The notes: a model not told the origin generated them from the sequence alone. DNA of 64,000 nt from Bacteroidia bacterium (GCA_965216465.1 CBDCFW010000006.1:96001-160000), one strand, 5' to 3'. Shown: positions 53,291 through 62,862, counted from the stretch's first letter. Numbers and translations are program-made.

Positions 53291-53294
53291 TGAC

Positions 53295-53420
53295 TGTATT
53301 AATTAAACTACTGCTAATCAATACATTTTTATTGCCTTAAAAGTTTGCTGCAGAAAGTAGCATGGTTAATAGTTAGTTTAGTTAGGTTTAACTTGGGGGC
53401 AGTAACATGCCCCCAATTTT
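53295..53420 (+). ncRNA. Candidate sRNA 2 (~125 nt) with UUAG-repeat tract
   Basis: Promoter, two hairpins, GGTTAATAGTTAGTTTAGTTAGGTTTAA, then a terminator. Confidence 0.65.
53393..53420 (+). terminator. Intrinsic terminator
   Basis: TTGGGGGCA-gtaaca-TGCCCCCAA-TTTT. Confidence 0.8.
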
Positions 53421-53488
53421 ACCAAATACACTTCACTACAACATCAAAATCTTCACTTCATTATTTCTTAATTTCATTACTTTGTACT

Positions 53489-54478
53489 ACGAAGAATAGC
53501 AAAGAACATATTACCATTATAGATAGCTTAAGAGGTCTTGCCGTACTCGGCGTTTGCTTATTTCACTTTATTTCGGAGAACAGCAAGCTCGACAATCTTC
53601 AGTTCCTTCAAGATTCCTTTAGCTTTGGATCAAAAGGAGTTCAACTCTTCTTTGTAATATCAAGTATTGTCGTTCCGTTGGTGCTCATTAACGCTAATTA
53701 CTCAATTCGTTCGTTCTTCCGCTATTTACTACGTCGACTTACCCGACTTGAGCCCGTTTACCTAGCCTCAATCATATTTAGCATCGTATTAACCGTTTCA
53801 ATTGCATTGGCAAATAGTACAGAACCTGAGCTTAATCTAAGCTTAAACAATCTGTTATTGCACTTTGCATATTTAATCCCTTTTACAGCCGAAGGAGAAT
53901 GGATAAATCCTGTTTATTGGTCTTTAGCTATTGAATTTCAGTACTACATCGTTTTGGGACTTTGTTTCCCACTAGCCTTGTCAAAAAAAGTGGCCTTGAG
54001 GGCAATATTTTATATGCTATTCTTGGTTGGACCTTTGTTATTGCCAAGTCCAGAGCACTTTCCCTTTTGGGCACCTTACTTCCTTCTTGGGGTTATCTAC
54101 GTTCTTCGAATTAAAAATGAAACAACTTTTCAAGAAACCGTAGTTGTACTGGCATTGGCCGGTGTGTTAGTCTTAAAACATCAAGACCTAATTGATTTTT
54201 TGATCGCCGGTGGAGCCATCGGTATGATTCACTTCTTCAGAAATAAAAAACTTGGATTATTGCACAATCTTGGCTTAATCTCTTATTCAGTCTATCTATT
54301 TCACACTCTATTTGGAACCAAAATACAATCTATGTTTTTGGCCCGCTTCAATGGATACGGGGCTCAATTTTTAAGCATTTTTGTGGCACTATTTGCCACG
54401 GTCCTATTAGCATACGTCATGTACAGGCTAGTTGAAAAGCCTTCAAAAAACTTATCCAAGAAGGTAAAATATAATTAG
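53489..54478 (+). CDS. Acyltransferase family 3 (OafA-like); non-canonical or lost start
   Basis: IDSLRGLA..V..FH, GVQLFFVIS, RRLTRL, WSLAIEFQYY, LGLISYSVYLFH, YRLVEKP. Homology begins at an ACG codon. Confidence 0.85.
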   Translation, partial: TKNSKEHITIIDSLRGLAVLGVCLFHFISENSKLDNLQFLQDSFSFGSKGVQLFFVISSIVVPLVLINANYSIRSFFRYLLRRLTRLEPVYLASIIFSIVLTVSIALANSTEPELNLSLNNLLLHFAYLIPFTAEGEWINPVYWSLAIEFQYYIVLGLCFPLALSKKVALRAIFYMLFLVGPLLLPSPEHFPFWAPYFLLGVIYVLRIKNETTFQETVVVLALAGVLVLKHQDLIDFLIAGGAIGMIHFFRNKKLGLLHNLGLISYSVYLFHTLFGTKIQSMFLARFNGYGAQFLSIFVALFATVLLAYVMYRLVEKPSKNLSKKVKYN

Positions 54479-55335
54479 ATTCGAGCTACTATGCCAAGGG
54501 GTAAAACCTGCTTGGTTCTTGAACGTAAACACAACTCCATAATCTCCACTTTTCTATTTTTAAAATAGTCGAACATTAAGTTTTGAATAATGTAGGGCGA
54601 TAAACCAAGAGAGTACACATTTAGCACCAAAAATCCATTGTCGTCAAGAAGCTGCGAAACCTCGCTTAGCAATGTACCAAGCTTCTCCTCGAGTTTCCAA
54701 CGCTCTCCTTTTGCACCAATGCCATAAGCAGGAGGGTCAAGAATAATACCCTGATACTTTCGTCCTCGTTTTACCTCACGACTCACAAATTTTAAGGCAT
54801 CTTCTACAACCCATCGAATATTGTTCATCTTGCTGATTTGCTGATTCTCGTTGGCCCAGCTTACTACTTGTTTTATAGAATCTACATGCACTACATCAAC
54901 TCCAGCAAGTCGGGCTGCTAAAGAAGCACCACCGGTATATGCAAATAGATTAAGTACTGAAGCTTGTTTGCCTAAAGCTTTTGATCGCGAGTAGATATAG
55001 TCCCAGTTGGCAGCTTGTTCAGGAAATATGCCTATATGTTTAAAAGCTGTGAAATTTAATTTGAATTCAAATGATTTCTTATCAATTTGATAGGCTAAGC
55101 GCCAAGGTTGAGGTTTTCGCTTCAAGTTCCAATCCCCTCGATGACTTCCTTTTTGCTGAAATTCTCCATAAGCCATACTCTCCCACTCTCCTTGACTCAT
55201 TCTTGGGCTCCATATAGCCTGCGGCTCTGGTCGAATAAGAATATGTTCTCCAAACTTTTCTAACTTCTTGCCATTCCCACTATCAATGAGCTCATAATTC
55301 TTCCAATTTGTTGGAAATATTGCTTCTACTTTCAT
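54475..55335 (-). CDS. Class I SAM-dependent methyltransferase (RlmI/RlmK-like)
   Basis: YELIDSGNGKKLE, KHIGIFPEQ, VLNLFAYTGG, ILDPPAYG. Confidence 0.9.
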   Translation of the reverse strand: MKVEAIFPTNWKNYELIDSGNGKKLEKFGEHILIRPEPQAIWSPRMSQGEWESMAYGEFQQKGSHRGDWNLKRKPQPWRLAYQIDKKSFEFKLNFTAFKHIGIFPEQAANWDYIYSRSKALGKQASVLNLFAYTGGASLAARLAGVDVVHVDSIKQVVSWANENQQISKMNNIRWVVEDALKFVSREVKRGRKYQGIILDPPAYGIGAKGERWKLEEKLGTLLSEVSQLLDDNGFLVLNVYSLGLSPYIIQNLMFDYFKNRKVEIMELCLRSRTKQVLPLGIVARI

Positions 55336-56040
55336 ACCGCAGTTACTTGTTCTTCTCTTAGGGCTGGCAAATTATTCATTCTAAGATAAATACTGGCCAA
55401 GGTTGACACATCTTTTTGACAATAATCGCTTATTCGCTCCAAGTCTTGATCTTCATAATACACTTGTGCAATCATGCTTCCGTCAATTTCATCCTTAGGA
55501 CTCGGAAGATCAAACACTTGAGCCAATAAATCGAGTGAAGTGTAAGCCTTGTAATCTCCGAACTTCCACAACTGAAGCGTATCAATATGTCGAACGTCCC
55601 AAGGTTTCTTACCAGCGAGATCAAGAATACTTGGTAGCTTAATTTGATGTACCAAGATTCTGCGACACAGATAAGGGTAGTCAAATTCTTTGCCATTGTG
55701 AGCACATAGGTAATGCCGGTCGCTGTTAAAGTTTAACTTCAGCAATTGCGTAAATTGTTCGAGAATAACCTTCTCATCGTGACCGAAAAAAACTCTTTAC
55801 CCGCAAGTTCAAGTTTCCACCTTTCTTAACGATATAACCCACCGAAATGCAAATAATCTTGCCAAATTCAGCATAGATTCCTGCACGTTCATATAACTCT
55901 TCAGGAGTTTCTTGTGCTCTGCTTAAAAATTTCGCTTTTTGGTCCCAAAGCTTTCTCCATTTATCAGAAAGATTGTTATAAGATTCCTGTTGGGGGACTG
56001 TCTCAATGTCGAGAAATAAGATGTTTTCTAATTTGATCAT
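55332..56040 (-). pseudogene. PolB-type 3'-5' exonuclease split by a +1 frameshift
   Basis: ExoI FLDIET and AEFGKIICIS in one frame; AHNGKEFD, HIDT and YCQKDV in another. Removing one base from the A7 run at 55786-55792 joins them. Could be a sequencing error. Confidence 0.8.
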
Positions 56041-56064
56041 GTCCGATTGCAAAGGTAGTAAGAA

Positions 56065-56811
56065 TTACCAGCTACCTCCTGCACCTCCACCACCAAAACT
56101 TCCTCCACCGAAACCGCCGCCAAAGCCACCGCCTCCTCCGAAGCTTCCGCCCCCTCCACCAAAGCCGCCACCACCGATCCAAATCGGTCCTCGCGATGAT
56201 GTGGGTCTGTTTCTGTAGGTTTTGCCATCATTTCCTCCACTACTGAAGAAAAATAGAAGGATTAAAATGATAAGGATGATTACCCAAATAGGTATCCCTT
56301 CACTTTCTCTTTTCTTTTTATCAAATACATGCTCCCCGGCTGCTAGACGAATGATAACATCTGTTGCTTCATCAAATCCTTGGCCATAACGATTCTGCTT
56401 GAAATTTGGCAAAAGATTTTGATTAATGATGCGCTTTGCATAAGCATCCGGAACTACTCCTTCCATGCCATCTCCTACCTGAATGTAAACTTTACGATCA
56501 CGAATTGCAGCATAAATTAATATCCCATTGTCTTTGCCTTCTTGGCCAATTCCCCATGATTCAGCTAACCGATGTGTATAATCGAATATGTCGTCACCTT
56601 CTAGAGAGCTTTCTGTTACAATGGCAATTTCTGTAGAAGTTGAATCGTAATAAGCCTTCAATTTTCTTAACAGGTGAACTTCTTGGTCAGACTCCAATAC
56701 ATGACCATAATCCTGCACCCAGCGATAGTCTTTTGGAGGTGGAGGAACTTGTTTCGCCGATGCTCCTAGTGCACACAATATGACAAGAAACGACAATATT
56801 CTACTTCCCAT
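56065..56811 (-). CDS. TPM-domain protein (YgcG-like) with Gly-rich tail
   Basis: Signal peptide, WGIGQEGKDNGILI, G.GMEG..PD, TM helix, GGGSFGGGGAGGSW. Confidence 0.93.
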   Translation of the reverse strand: MGSRILSFLVILCALGASAKQVPPPPKDYRWVQDYGHVLESDQEVHLLRKLKAYYDSTSTEIAIVTESSLEGDDIFDYTHRLAESWGIGQEGKDNGILIYAAIRDRKVYIQVGDGMEGVVPDAYAKRIINQNLLPNFKQNRYGQGFDEATDVIIRLAAGEHVFDKKKRESEGIPIWVIILIILILLFFFSSGGNDGKTYRNRPTSSRGPIWIGGGGFGGGGGSFGGGGGFGGGFGGGSFGGGGAGGSW

Positions 56812-57244
56812 AGCTAATCTCATTAGGCAATTCGTTTTCGTCATCTTCTTGATAGGGAAAGTGATTTTTCAACTGAATTCCTGCTTCTTGAATTCCAGCA
56901 ACTACTCCTCCAGCCAAATTGCCAGAAGCAAATTGTGCTCTCATTTTTTCTTTCGTAGACTCCCAAAAATCACCAGGCACCACGGCATCGATCCCTTGGT
57001 CACCTACGATTGCAAACTTGTGCTCCTTTACTGCAACATAAATGAGCACTCCATTTCTAAGCTTTGTGTTTTGTAGCTCTAAGTGGTCAAAAATATTCTG
57101 AGCCTTGAATAACGGGTCAGATTTACACCATTTGTCAAGGTGTATTCTAATTTCTCCAGAAGTCTGTTTTTCAGCTTCAACGATGGCATCTACCACCTGT
57201 TTTTCCTCGTATTCTGAGAGGGGTTTCCAGTTTAATCCGAACAT
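56801..57244 (-). CDS. TPM-domain protein
   Basis: AEKQTSGEIRIH, RNGVLIY, GDQGI, NELPNEI. Confidence 0.92.
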   Translation of the reverse strand: MFGLNWKPLSEYEEKQVVDAIVEAEKQTSGEIRIHLDKWCKSDPLFKAQNIFDHLELQNTKLRNGVLIYVAVKEHKFAIVGDQGIDAVVPGDFWESTKEKMRAQFASGNLAGGVVAGIQEAGIQLKNHFPYQEDDENELPNEISYGK

Positions 57245-57246
57245 GT

Positions 57247-57828
57247 TTAGAATTCAACAACCGGAGCTTCATCTGCTCCTTCAGCTGACTCGAAGTATGG
57301 TTTTCGTTCAAATCCAAATATGCTGGCTACCAGTGTTCCAGGGAATCTTCGTGTTTTTGCGTTGTAAGCTTTCGCTTGCTCATTGAATCGATCTCTCGCA
57401 ACGGTTATTCTGTTTTCGGTACCTTCCAGTTGAGCTTGGAGTTCTAAAAAATTCTGATTCGCTTTTAAGTCTGGATAGCGTTCTACGGTTACCAATAAAC
57501 GAGAAAGTGCACTAGAAACTTCACCTTGGCTTGCTTGAAATTGTTGCAATTGTTCCTGCGTCATGTTTGAAGGGTCAATTGTCGTTTGAGAAGCTTTTGC
57601 TCTCGCTTCAATAACTTGCGTCAAGGTTTCTTGTTCAAAATCTGCATACCCTTTCACTGTATTCACCAAATTTGGAATTAAATCCATTCTTCGTTGATAC
57701 TGATTCTCTACATTACCCCAAGTCCCGTCAATGTCCTCTTCCATATTCACAAACGAGTTGTATGATTTGATGCCCCACAATACTCCAATAGCAAGCAGGC
57801 CTAAAATTATTAATGTTCCTCTTTTCAT
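57247..57828 (-). CDS. lemA: LemA family protein
   Basis: YQRRMDLIPNLVNTVKGY, ERYPDLKANQNF, LEGTENRI. Confidence 0.97.
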   Translation of the reverse strand: MKRGTLIILGLLAIGVLWGIKSYNSFVNMEEDIDGTWGNVENQYQRRMDLIPNLVNTVKGYADFEQETLTQVIEARAKASQTTIDPSNMTQEQLQQFQASQGEVSSALSRLLVTVERYPDLKANQNFLELQAQLEGTENRITVARDRFNEQAKAYNAKTRRFPGTLVASIFGFERKPYFESAEGADEAPVVEF

Positions 57829-57960
57829 TCTAAATTTTGATTTAACTCCAACAAAGTAAGCTATTTATATTGATAGTTTTTCACATTCGCACCGCCTAAA
57901 CGATAAACTTCACCACATATTAGTCAAGATTCAAAATGTTTGAATTACTTTGCTAAGCTC

Positions 57961-58995
57961 ATGGATACTAGAAAACTGGATTACCTGAATATCGGACTGA
58001 TGGTTGTCTCATTTATTGTTGCCGTCAAATTTCCATTTCACCTTTTTCTAATGGCCTACGCAATCTTAGGACCACTCCATTACCTTACTGAAATTGGCTG
58101 GCTCGATAAAAGAAGCTACTTCGCCACCAATAAAAGAGATGTTTGGTTACTCGTTCTGCTATGTGCGATGATGACCTTCGGGTTTGCTTACAACCAGTTT
58201 GAGCACTTTGAATGGACTAAAACTTGGAAGACCGCAATCGACAACTCGGCTTTTAAACCTGTTTCAGACTTTATGGTGAAATACGACAAGAGCTTTGTGT
58301 TCTTGGCATTCTATACCGCAATCATGATGACTTTTATAAAGAAGAAGTGGTGGCGTTACGGACTCATGTTGCCAGGCTTAGTCATTGCTTACTTCCTGCA
58401 TTCCGTTAATGCTTATATCATGATAATCGGTGTAATGTTACCAACGGTAATTCACGTTTATGTCTTTACTGGAGCATTCATTTTATACGGTGCCTTAAAA
58501 TCAAGAAGTGTCAGTGGATATGCCTCGTTGATGGTATTCTTGCTCATCTTATTCTTTATTATCTTCCAACATCCAGACAAAGACAAGTATGCTCTAGAGG
58601 GATATTGGTTAGAAGCCATGAAAGCTAGCAATTTTCATGCAATCACCTATGCAATTGCAGACTTCTTTAATTGGACACGCGGTCAATATTATGTGATTTC
58701 AACGCTTGGTTTGAAACTGCAAATATTTATAGCCTTCGCGTATACCTATCACTACCTTAACTGGTTCAGCAAAACCAAGGTGATAAACTGGCACAAAGTG
58801 TCTAGAGCTAGACTAATCTCTGCCTTTGCGGTTTGGGCTGCATCTGTAGCTTTATACTTCTACGATTACAAAATCGGATTGGCAGCACTCTTTTTCTTGA
58901 GCGTGTTGCATGTATTTCTTGAATTCCCACTAAATCATTTAACCTTCGTTGGCATTTTTAAAGAAATTAAGAATCGAATCATACCAAATAAATGA
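57961..58995 (+). CDS. Polytopic membrane protein with His-containing motifs, function unknown
   Basis: About 9-10 TM helices; GPLHYLTEI, IHVYVFTG, YTYHYLNWFSKT, LHVFLEFPLNH. Start ATG 57961 after TTACTTTG. Confidence 0.75.
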   Translation: MDTRKLDYLNIGLMVVSFIVAVKFPFHLFLMAYAILGPLHYLTEIGWLDKRSYFATNKRDVWLLVLLCAMMTFGFAYNQFEHFEWTKTWKTAIDNSAFKPVSDFMVKYDKSFVFLAFYTAIMMTFIKKKWWRYGLMLPGLVIAYFLHSVNAYIMIIGVMLPTVIHVYVFTGAFILYGALKSRSVSGYASLMVFLLILFFIIFQHPDKDKYALEGYWLEAMKASNFHAITYAIADFFNWTRGQYYVISTLGLKLQIFIAFAYTYHYLNWFSKTKVINWHKVSRARLISAFAVWAASVALYFYDYKIGLAALFFLSVLHVFLEFPLNHLTFVGIFKEIKNRIIPNK

Positions 58996-60752
58996 AAGTA
59001 ATTAATGTTTTAAGAAACATTAATCCCTACATCGTCTTACTAATCTCAACTACGCTATCTTGCCTTGGCTCTTCGGCACAAGTCAATGAAAACTTCAGTA
59101 ATGGTGAGCTGCTCAACAACCCACAATGGCAGTTTTCCAATGAAGATTTTGTTGTAAATGACAGCATGTTGCAATCCAACAACTCTACACCCAATTCAAA
59201 GTTTTGGATGACTACACAAGTTGATCAGCTAGAAGAAATGGAGTGGAAATTTTGGATTGACCTCAAGATTGCCACCTCATCTGCCAACTTTGTCGAGTTT
59301 CATTTGCTATCAGACACTAGTGCATTAGACCTAAGCTCTGGATATATTTTACGTATTGGAGGCACTAAGGATGATATAAGGCTAATCAAGAAGATAAATG
59401 GAAGCGAGGTTATTCTGATTGACGGTCCTGATAAAATGACGGAATATGGCACTTTCAGGTTTCGAATCTTGTACGAAAATGATACTTGGAAGCTTTATTT
59501 GGATCCAGAAGGAGGAGAGTCTTATGCATTCTTGGGGGTGCAAATTGATAGTGCAGTTCTTGCCTATTCACGATTTGGAATTTTAATACGACAAAGTTCA
59601 TCGAGCTTTCACCAAAAACACTTCTTTGATGATTTATATATAGGTCCAATAATTAAAGATACCACTGGACCCAAGCTGCTATCGGCCGATAATCATTCCA
59701 AAAACATCCAATTAACATTTGACGAGAAGGTCTTAGTTGATGATGCTAACATCTATCTTACCCCAGATGCTCACTTTGAGGTCACATCAGAGCACCATCA
59801 AATAATCCTGACTTTTGACACTTTAATCAATGGCACCTATCAACTTTGGTTGCATGGAGTCAAGGATAGTTTAGAAAACGTGTCTGATACCATGTTTGAA
59901 TTTGACTATGTGAATCTACACTATCCAAAAAGAGGCGATATACTTATTAACGAGGTCTTATTCAATCCTTTCACGGATGGAGTTGATTTTGTTGAATTGT
60001 ATAATAATACATCAAAGCACATGATACTGAATGGAAATATGGCAAGGGTAAAAGACAGTAGCATAAGCGATCACAAGGAACTTGATTCAACAATTTTGGC
60101 TCCCTTGGCTTATATGGCATTTAGTTCCGACACAACCAAACTAAAAACCTACCACCCCAATGCCATGAATCTTAAACAAGTATACGCCCTCCCTCCCATG
60201 AACAATCAAGAAGAAGTGGTGGTATTACTCGATTCTGGATTAATGATTATTGATAGTATTTATTATCATGAAGATTTTCATTTTCAGTTGTTAGACGACT
60301 TTGAAGGCGTGAGTTTGGAACGCATCTATTTCAATAAACTCGGTACAGATTCAGACAATTGGCATTCAGCCTCGAGTGATGTGGGATATGCTACACCTGG
60401 ATTTCAAAATTCCCAGTTTCAAAAGGGTAAAACGGCAGAAACGAAATTTTCGCTTCGGTCCGATGTGATCTCTCCAGATGGAGATGGAGTTGATGATTTG
60501 CTGCATCTTCTTTATTCAGTGCCCAAAGGCTGGGTATTGAATGGCTATGTTTTTACGGCTTCAGGGCACTTTGTACACCATGTATTTTCCAACAAAACAC
60601 TTTCAACTTCGGGCTATTTAAATTGGGACGGGATATTGAATGATGGTTCTAAGCTTCCAATCGAGCGGTACATCCTCTATATTGAAGCATTCGACCTCAA
60701 TGGTGAATTAAGTCGTGTAAAAATACCTTTTAGTGTGGTGGCTCGTTTCTAG
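58992..60752 (+). CDS. Lamin-tail-domain secreted protein with T9SS-like C-terminal domain
   Basis: Signal peptide, ILINEVLFNP..DFVELYN, GVSLERI, ATPGFQNS, ISPDGDGVDD..WDG. Confidence 0.85.
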   Translation: MKVINVLRNINPYIVLLISTTLSCLGSSAQVNENFSNGELLNNPQWQFSNEDFVVNDSMLQSNNSTPNSKFWMTTQVDQLEEMEWKFWIDLKIATSSANFVEFHLLSDTSALDLSSGYILRIGGTKDDIRLIKKINGSEVILIDGPDKMTEYGTFRFRILYENDTWKLYLDPEGGESYAFLGVQIDSAVLAYSRFGILIRQSSSSFHQKHFFDDLYIGPIIKDTTGPKLLSADNHSKNIQLTFDEKVLVDDANIYLTPDAHFEVTSEHHQIILTFDTLINGTYQLWLHGVKDSLENVSDTMFEFDYVNLHYPKRGDILINEVLFNPFTDGVDFVELYNNTSKHMILNGNMARVKDSSISDHKELDSTILAPLAYMAFSSDTTKLKTYHPNAMNLKQVYALPPMNNQEEVVVLLDSGLMIIDSIYYHEDFHFQLLDDFEGVSLERIYFNKLGTDSDNWHSASSDVGYATPGFQNSQFQKGKTAETKFSLRSDVISPDGDGVDDLLHLLYSVPKGWVLNGYVFTASGHFVHHVFSNKTLSTSGYLNWDGILNDGSKLPIERYILYIEAFDLNGELSRVKIPFSVVARF

Positions 60753-60772
60753 CTAATAGTTAGATTTGCCTC

Positions 60773-62011
60773 ATGCGATTAGGAATACTTCTATTATTAA
60801 TAACCACAATTCATTTTGGGTTTGCTCAAAAGACAAAGAAGGTAAAAAACATTACTGAAGATTACTTTGAATACTATCACGTTTTAAAAGATAGTAAAGA
60901 AGTAAGGCATGGCGATTATTTTAAGAGATCCAGGTCGGGCATTCTGCTAGAGGCGGGTGAATACAGCAATGGAATAAAAAATGGTGAGTGGACCAAAAGA
61001 CATGGAGCGATTTATAACAAATACTATTACAAGCAAGGCAAACTAGATAGTTTTGATGGTATCATAGAGTCTGAAAGGGTAAAGATAAAATATGACGCCA
61101 ATGAACAACCTATTCATAGAATAAAAGTCACGGAAAGTTATATCGAACATCAGAACTTTGATATCTCTGGAGGATTATACGCTGTAGTTGCTAATAATGA
61201 CACCATTGTTTTAGGAACGTATGTTAATTGGCTAAAGCATGGGACCTGGTATTACAAAAATCAAAACAACACATTTTGTCAATTCAATTATTCGAACGGA
61301 AAATTGGTAGGAAAACAGCAATCCTATTACCCAGATGGAAATGTATTTAGAACAGAATATCGTAATAATGAAGGTGATCTATCTGGACCATGTGTTATTC
61401 TATACTCAAACAGTGACACGCTCTGCGAACTTAATTATAAAGATGGAAAATTACATGGTCCGGTAAAGGCATGGTATCCAACCGCTGGCAAGTTTTGTGA
61501 AGGTTGGTATGAAGAAGGCAAACTAATGGAGTTTACGGAATTTGATAAAAGCGGTTTTGTTCGAAAGAATAAAGTTTCAAATGGTAAAGGAATTGTTGCA
61601 ATATATAATCAAACAGGACAAGTAAAAAAAGAGTTAAAGGTAATCAACGGTTTACCAAAAGGGGACACCTCTATGCTAGAGCTGAGTTTTGAGCATCTTT
61701 CTGAAATAAAGTCAGATGGAATGCATGATGCTATCTCTAATGATATTCATTACACCATTGCCAATGAAATTACCTACCCATCGCTTGCGTTAGAAAACGA
61801 CATCACTGGAGTGGTTAGATTCAAAATAAAAATTAATCGGTCAATTGCGGAGACGGAGTACGAGGTTATAAGCCGAAAGCTAGGTTTTGGGTTAGAAGAG
61901 GAAGCTTTAAGAGTCTTAAAGTATGCATCTAAAGATTGGCAAGTTCCTGTTATCTTTGGATTTCCACAAGTAGGCATATATTCATACCCCATAAAATTCC
62001 AAATATTCTAA
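60773..62011 (+). CDS. MORN/YwqK-repeat protein with C-terminal TonB domain
   Basis: Signal peptide, G.W..YY..G repeats, ITYPSLALENDITGVV..LGFGLEEEALRV; TAGATTTG 4 nt before the ATG. Confidence 0.82.
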   Translation: MRLGILLLLITTIHFGFAQKTKKVKNITEDYFEYYHVLKDSKEVRHGDYFKRSRSGILLEAGEYSNGIKNGEWTKRHGAIYNKYYYKQGKLDSFDGIIESERVKIKYDANEQPIHRIKVTESYIEHQNFDISGGLYAVVANNDTIVLGTYVNWLKHGTWYYKNQNNTFCQFNYSNGKLVGKQQSYYPDGNVFRTEYRNNEGDLSGPCVILYSNSDTLCELNYKDGKLHGPVKAWYPTAGKFCEGWYEEGKLMEFTEFDKSGFVRKNKVSNGKGIVAIYNQTGQVKKELKVINGLPKGDTSMLELSFEHLSEIKSDGMHDAISNDIHYTIANEITYPSLALENDITGVVRFKIKINRSIAETEYEVISRKLGFGLEEEALRVLKYASKDWQVPVIFGFPQVGIYSYPIKFQIF

Positions 62012-62012
62012 G

Positions 62013-62816
62013 ATGCTCACCACTGAAACATCATCCAACCACGACAACCTCGATAAAATGTCTACCCTCGAATTGATTCAAGGAATGAATCAAGAAGATA
62101 AGACTGTACCGCTAGCCATTGAAAAGGAACTTCCATCTATTCAAAACATGATAGACGGAGCATTTGAGAAAATGAAAGAGGGTGGTCGATTGTTTTACAT
62201 TGGAAGTGGAACAAGTGGAAGACTAGGAATTGTAGATGCCAGTGAATGTCCTCCTACATACGGTGTACCTCACGGATTGGTTGTTGGCATTATAGCCGGA
62301 GGTGACTCGGCTATCCGAAAAGCAGTTGAATTTGCAGAAGATGACCCACTTCAAGGATGGTACGATCTTCAAGAACATGATATCTCTGACCTAGACTTTG
62401 TAATTGGAATTAGTGCTAGTGGAACTGCTCCATATGTTCAAGGAGCTCTTGAAAAATGTGGAGAGAACAACGTAAAATGTGGAGCTATTGCATGCAATTT
62501 AAACAGTCAGATTGGAATGGCAGCTGATTATACCGTGGAAGTAGTTGTTGGTCCTGAATTTGTTACCGGTAGTACTAGAATGAAAAGTGGAACTGCTCAG
62601 AAACTCATTCTCAATATGATTTCAACGAGCTTGATGATAAAACTGGGCCACGTTAAAGGAAACAAAATGGTGGATATGCAACTAAGCAATAAAAAACTTG
62701 TAAAAAGAGGAGTACGGATGATCGTAGAAGCTACAGGCATTGGTGAGGATGAAGCGAAAGACCAGCTACTCAAGCACGGCAGTGTTCGAAAGGCCATTGA
62801 TGTTATAAAGGGATAA
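62013..62816 (+). CDS. murQ: N-acetylmuramic acid 6-phosphate etherase
   Basis: GSGTSGRLG.VDASECPPTYG, GPEFVTGSTRMKSGTAQK, NKMVD. Confidence 0.97.
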   Translation: MLTTETSSNHDNLDKMSTLELIQGMNQEDKTVPLAIEKELPSIQNMIDGAFEKMKEGGRLFYIGSGTSGRLGIVDASECPPTYGVPHGLVVGIIAGGDSAIRKAVEFAEDDPLQGWYDLQEHDISDLDFVIGISASGTAPYVQGALEKCGENNVKCGAIACNLNSQIGMAADYTVEVVVGPEFVTGSTRMKSGTAQKLILNMISTSLMIKLGHVKGNKMVDMQLSNKKLVKRGVRMIVEATGIGEDEAKDQLLKHGSVRKAIDVIKG

Positions 62817-62862
62817 ACGATACTTATTATCATAATATGTTTGCAAAACATACTTTTGCGCC

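Noticed and set aside
53345-53488. N-terminal extension of the acyltransferase from TTG 53345
   Set aside because: It crosses a strong terminator and does not resemble the family N-terminus.
56006-56218. Poly-proline ORF (PPAPPPPKLPPP...)
   Set aside because: It is the antisense shadow of the Gly-rich tail of the TPM gene.
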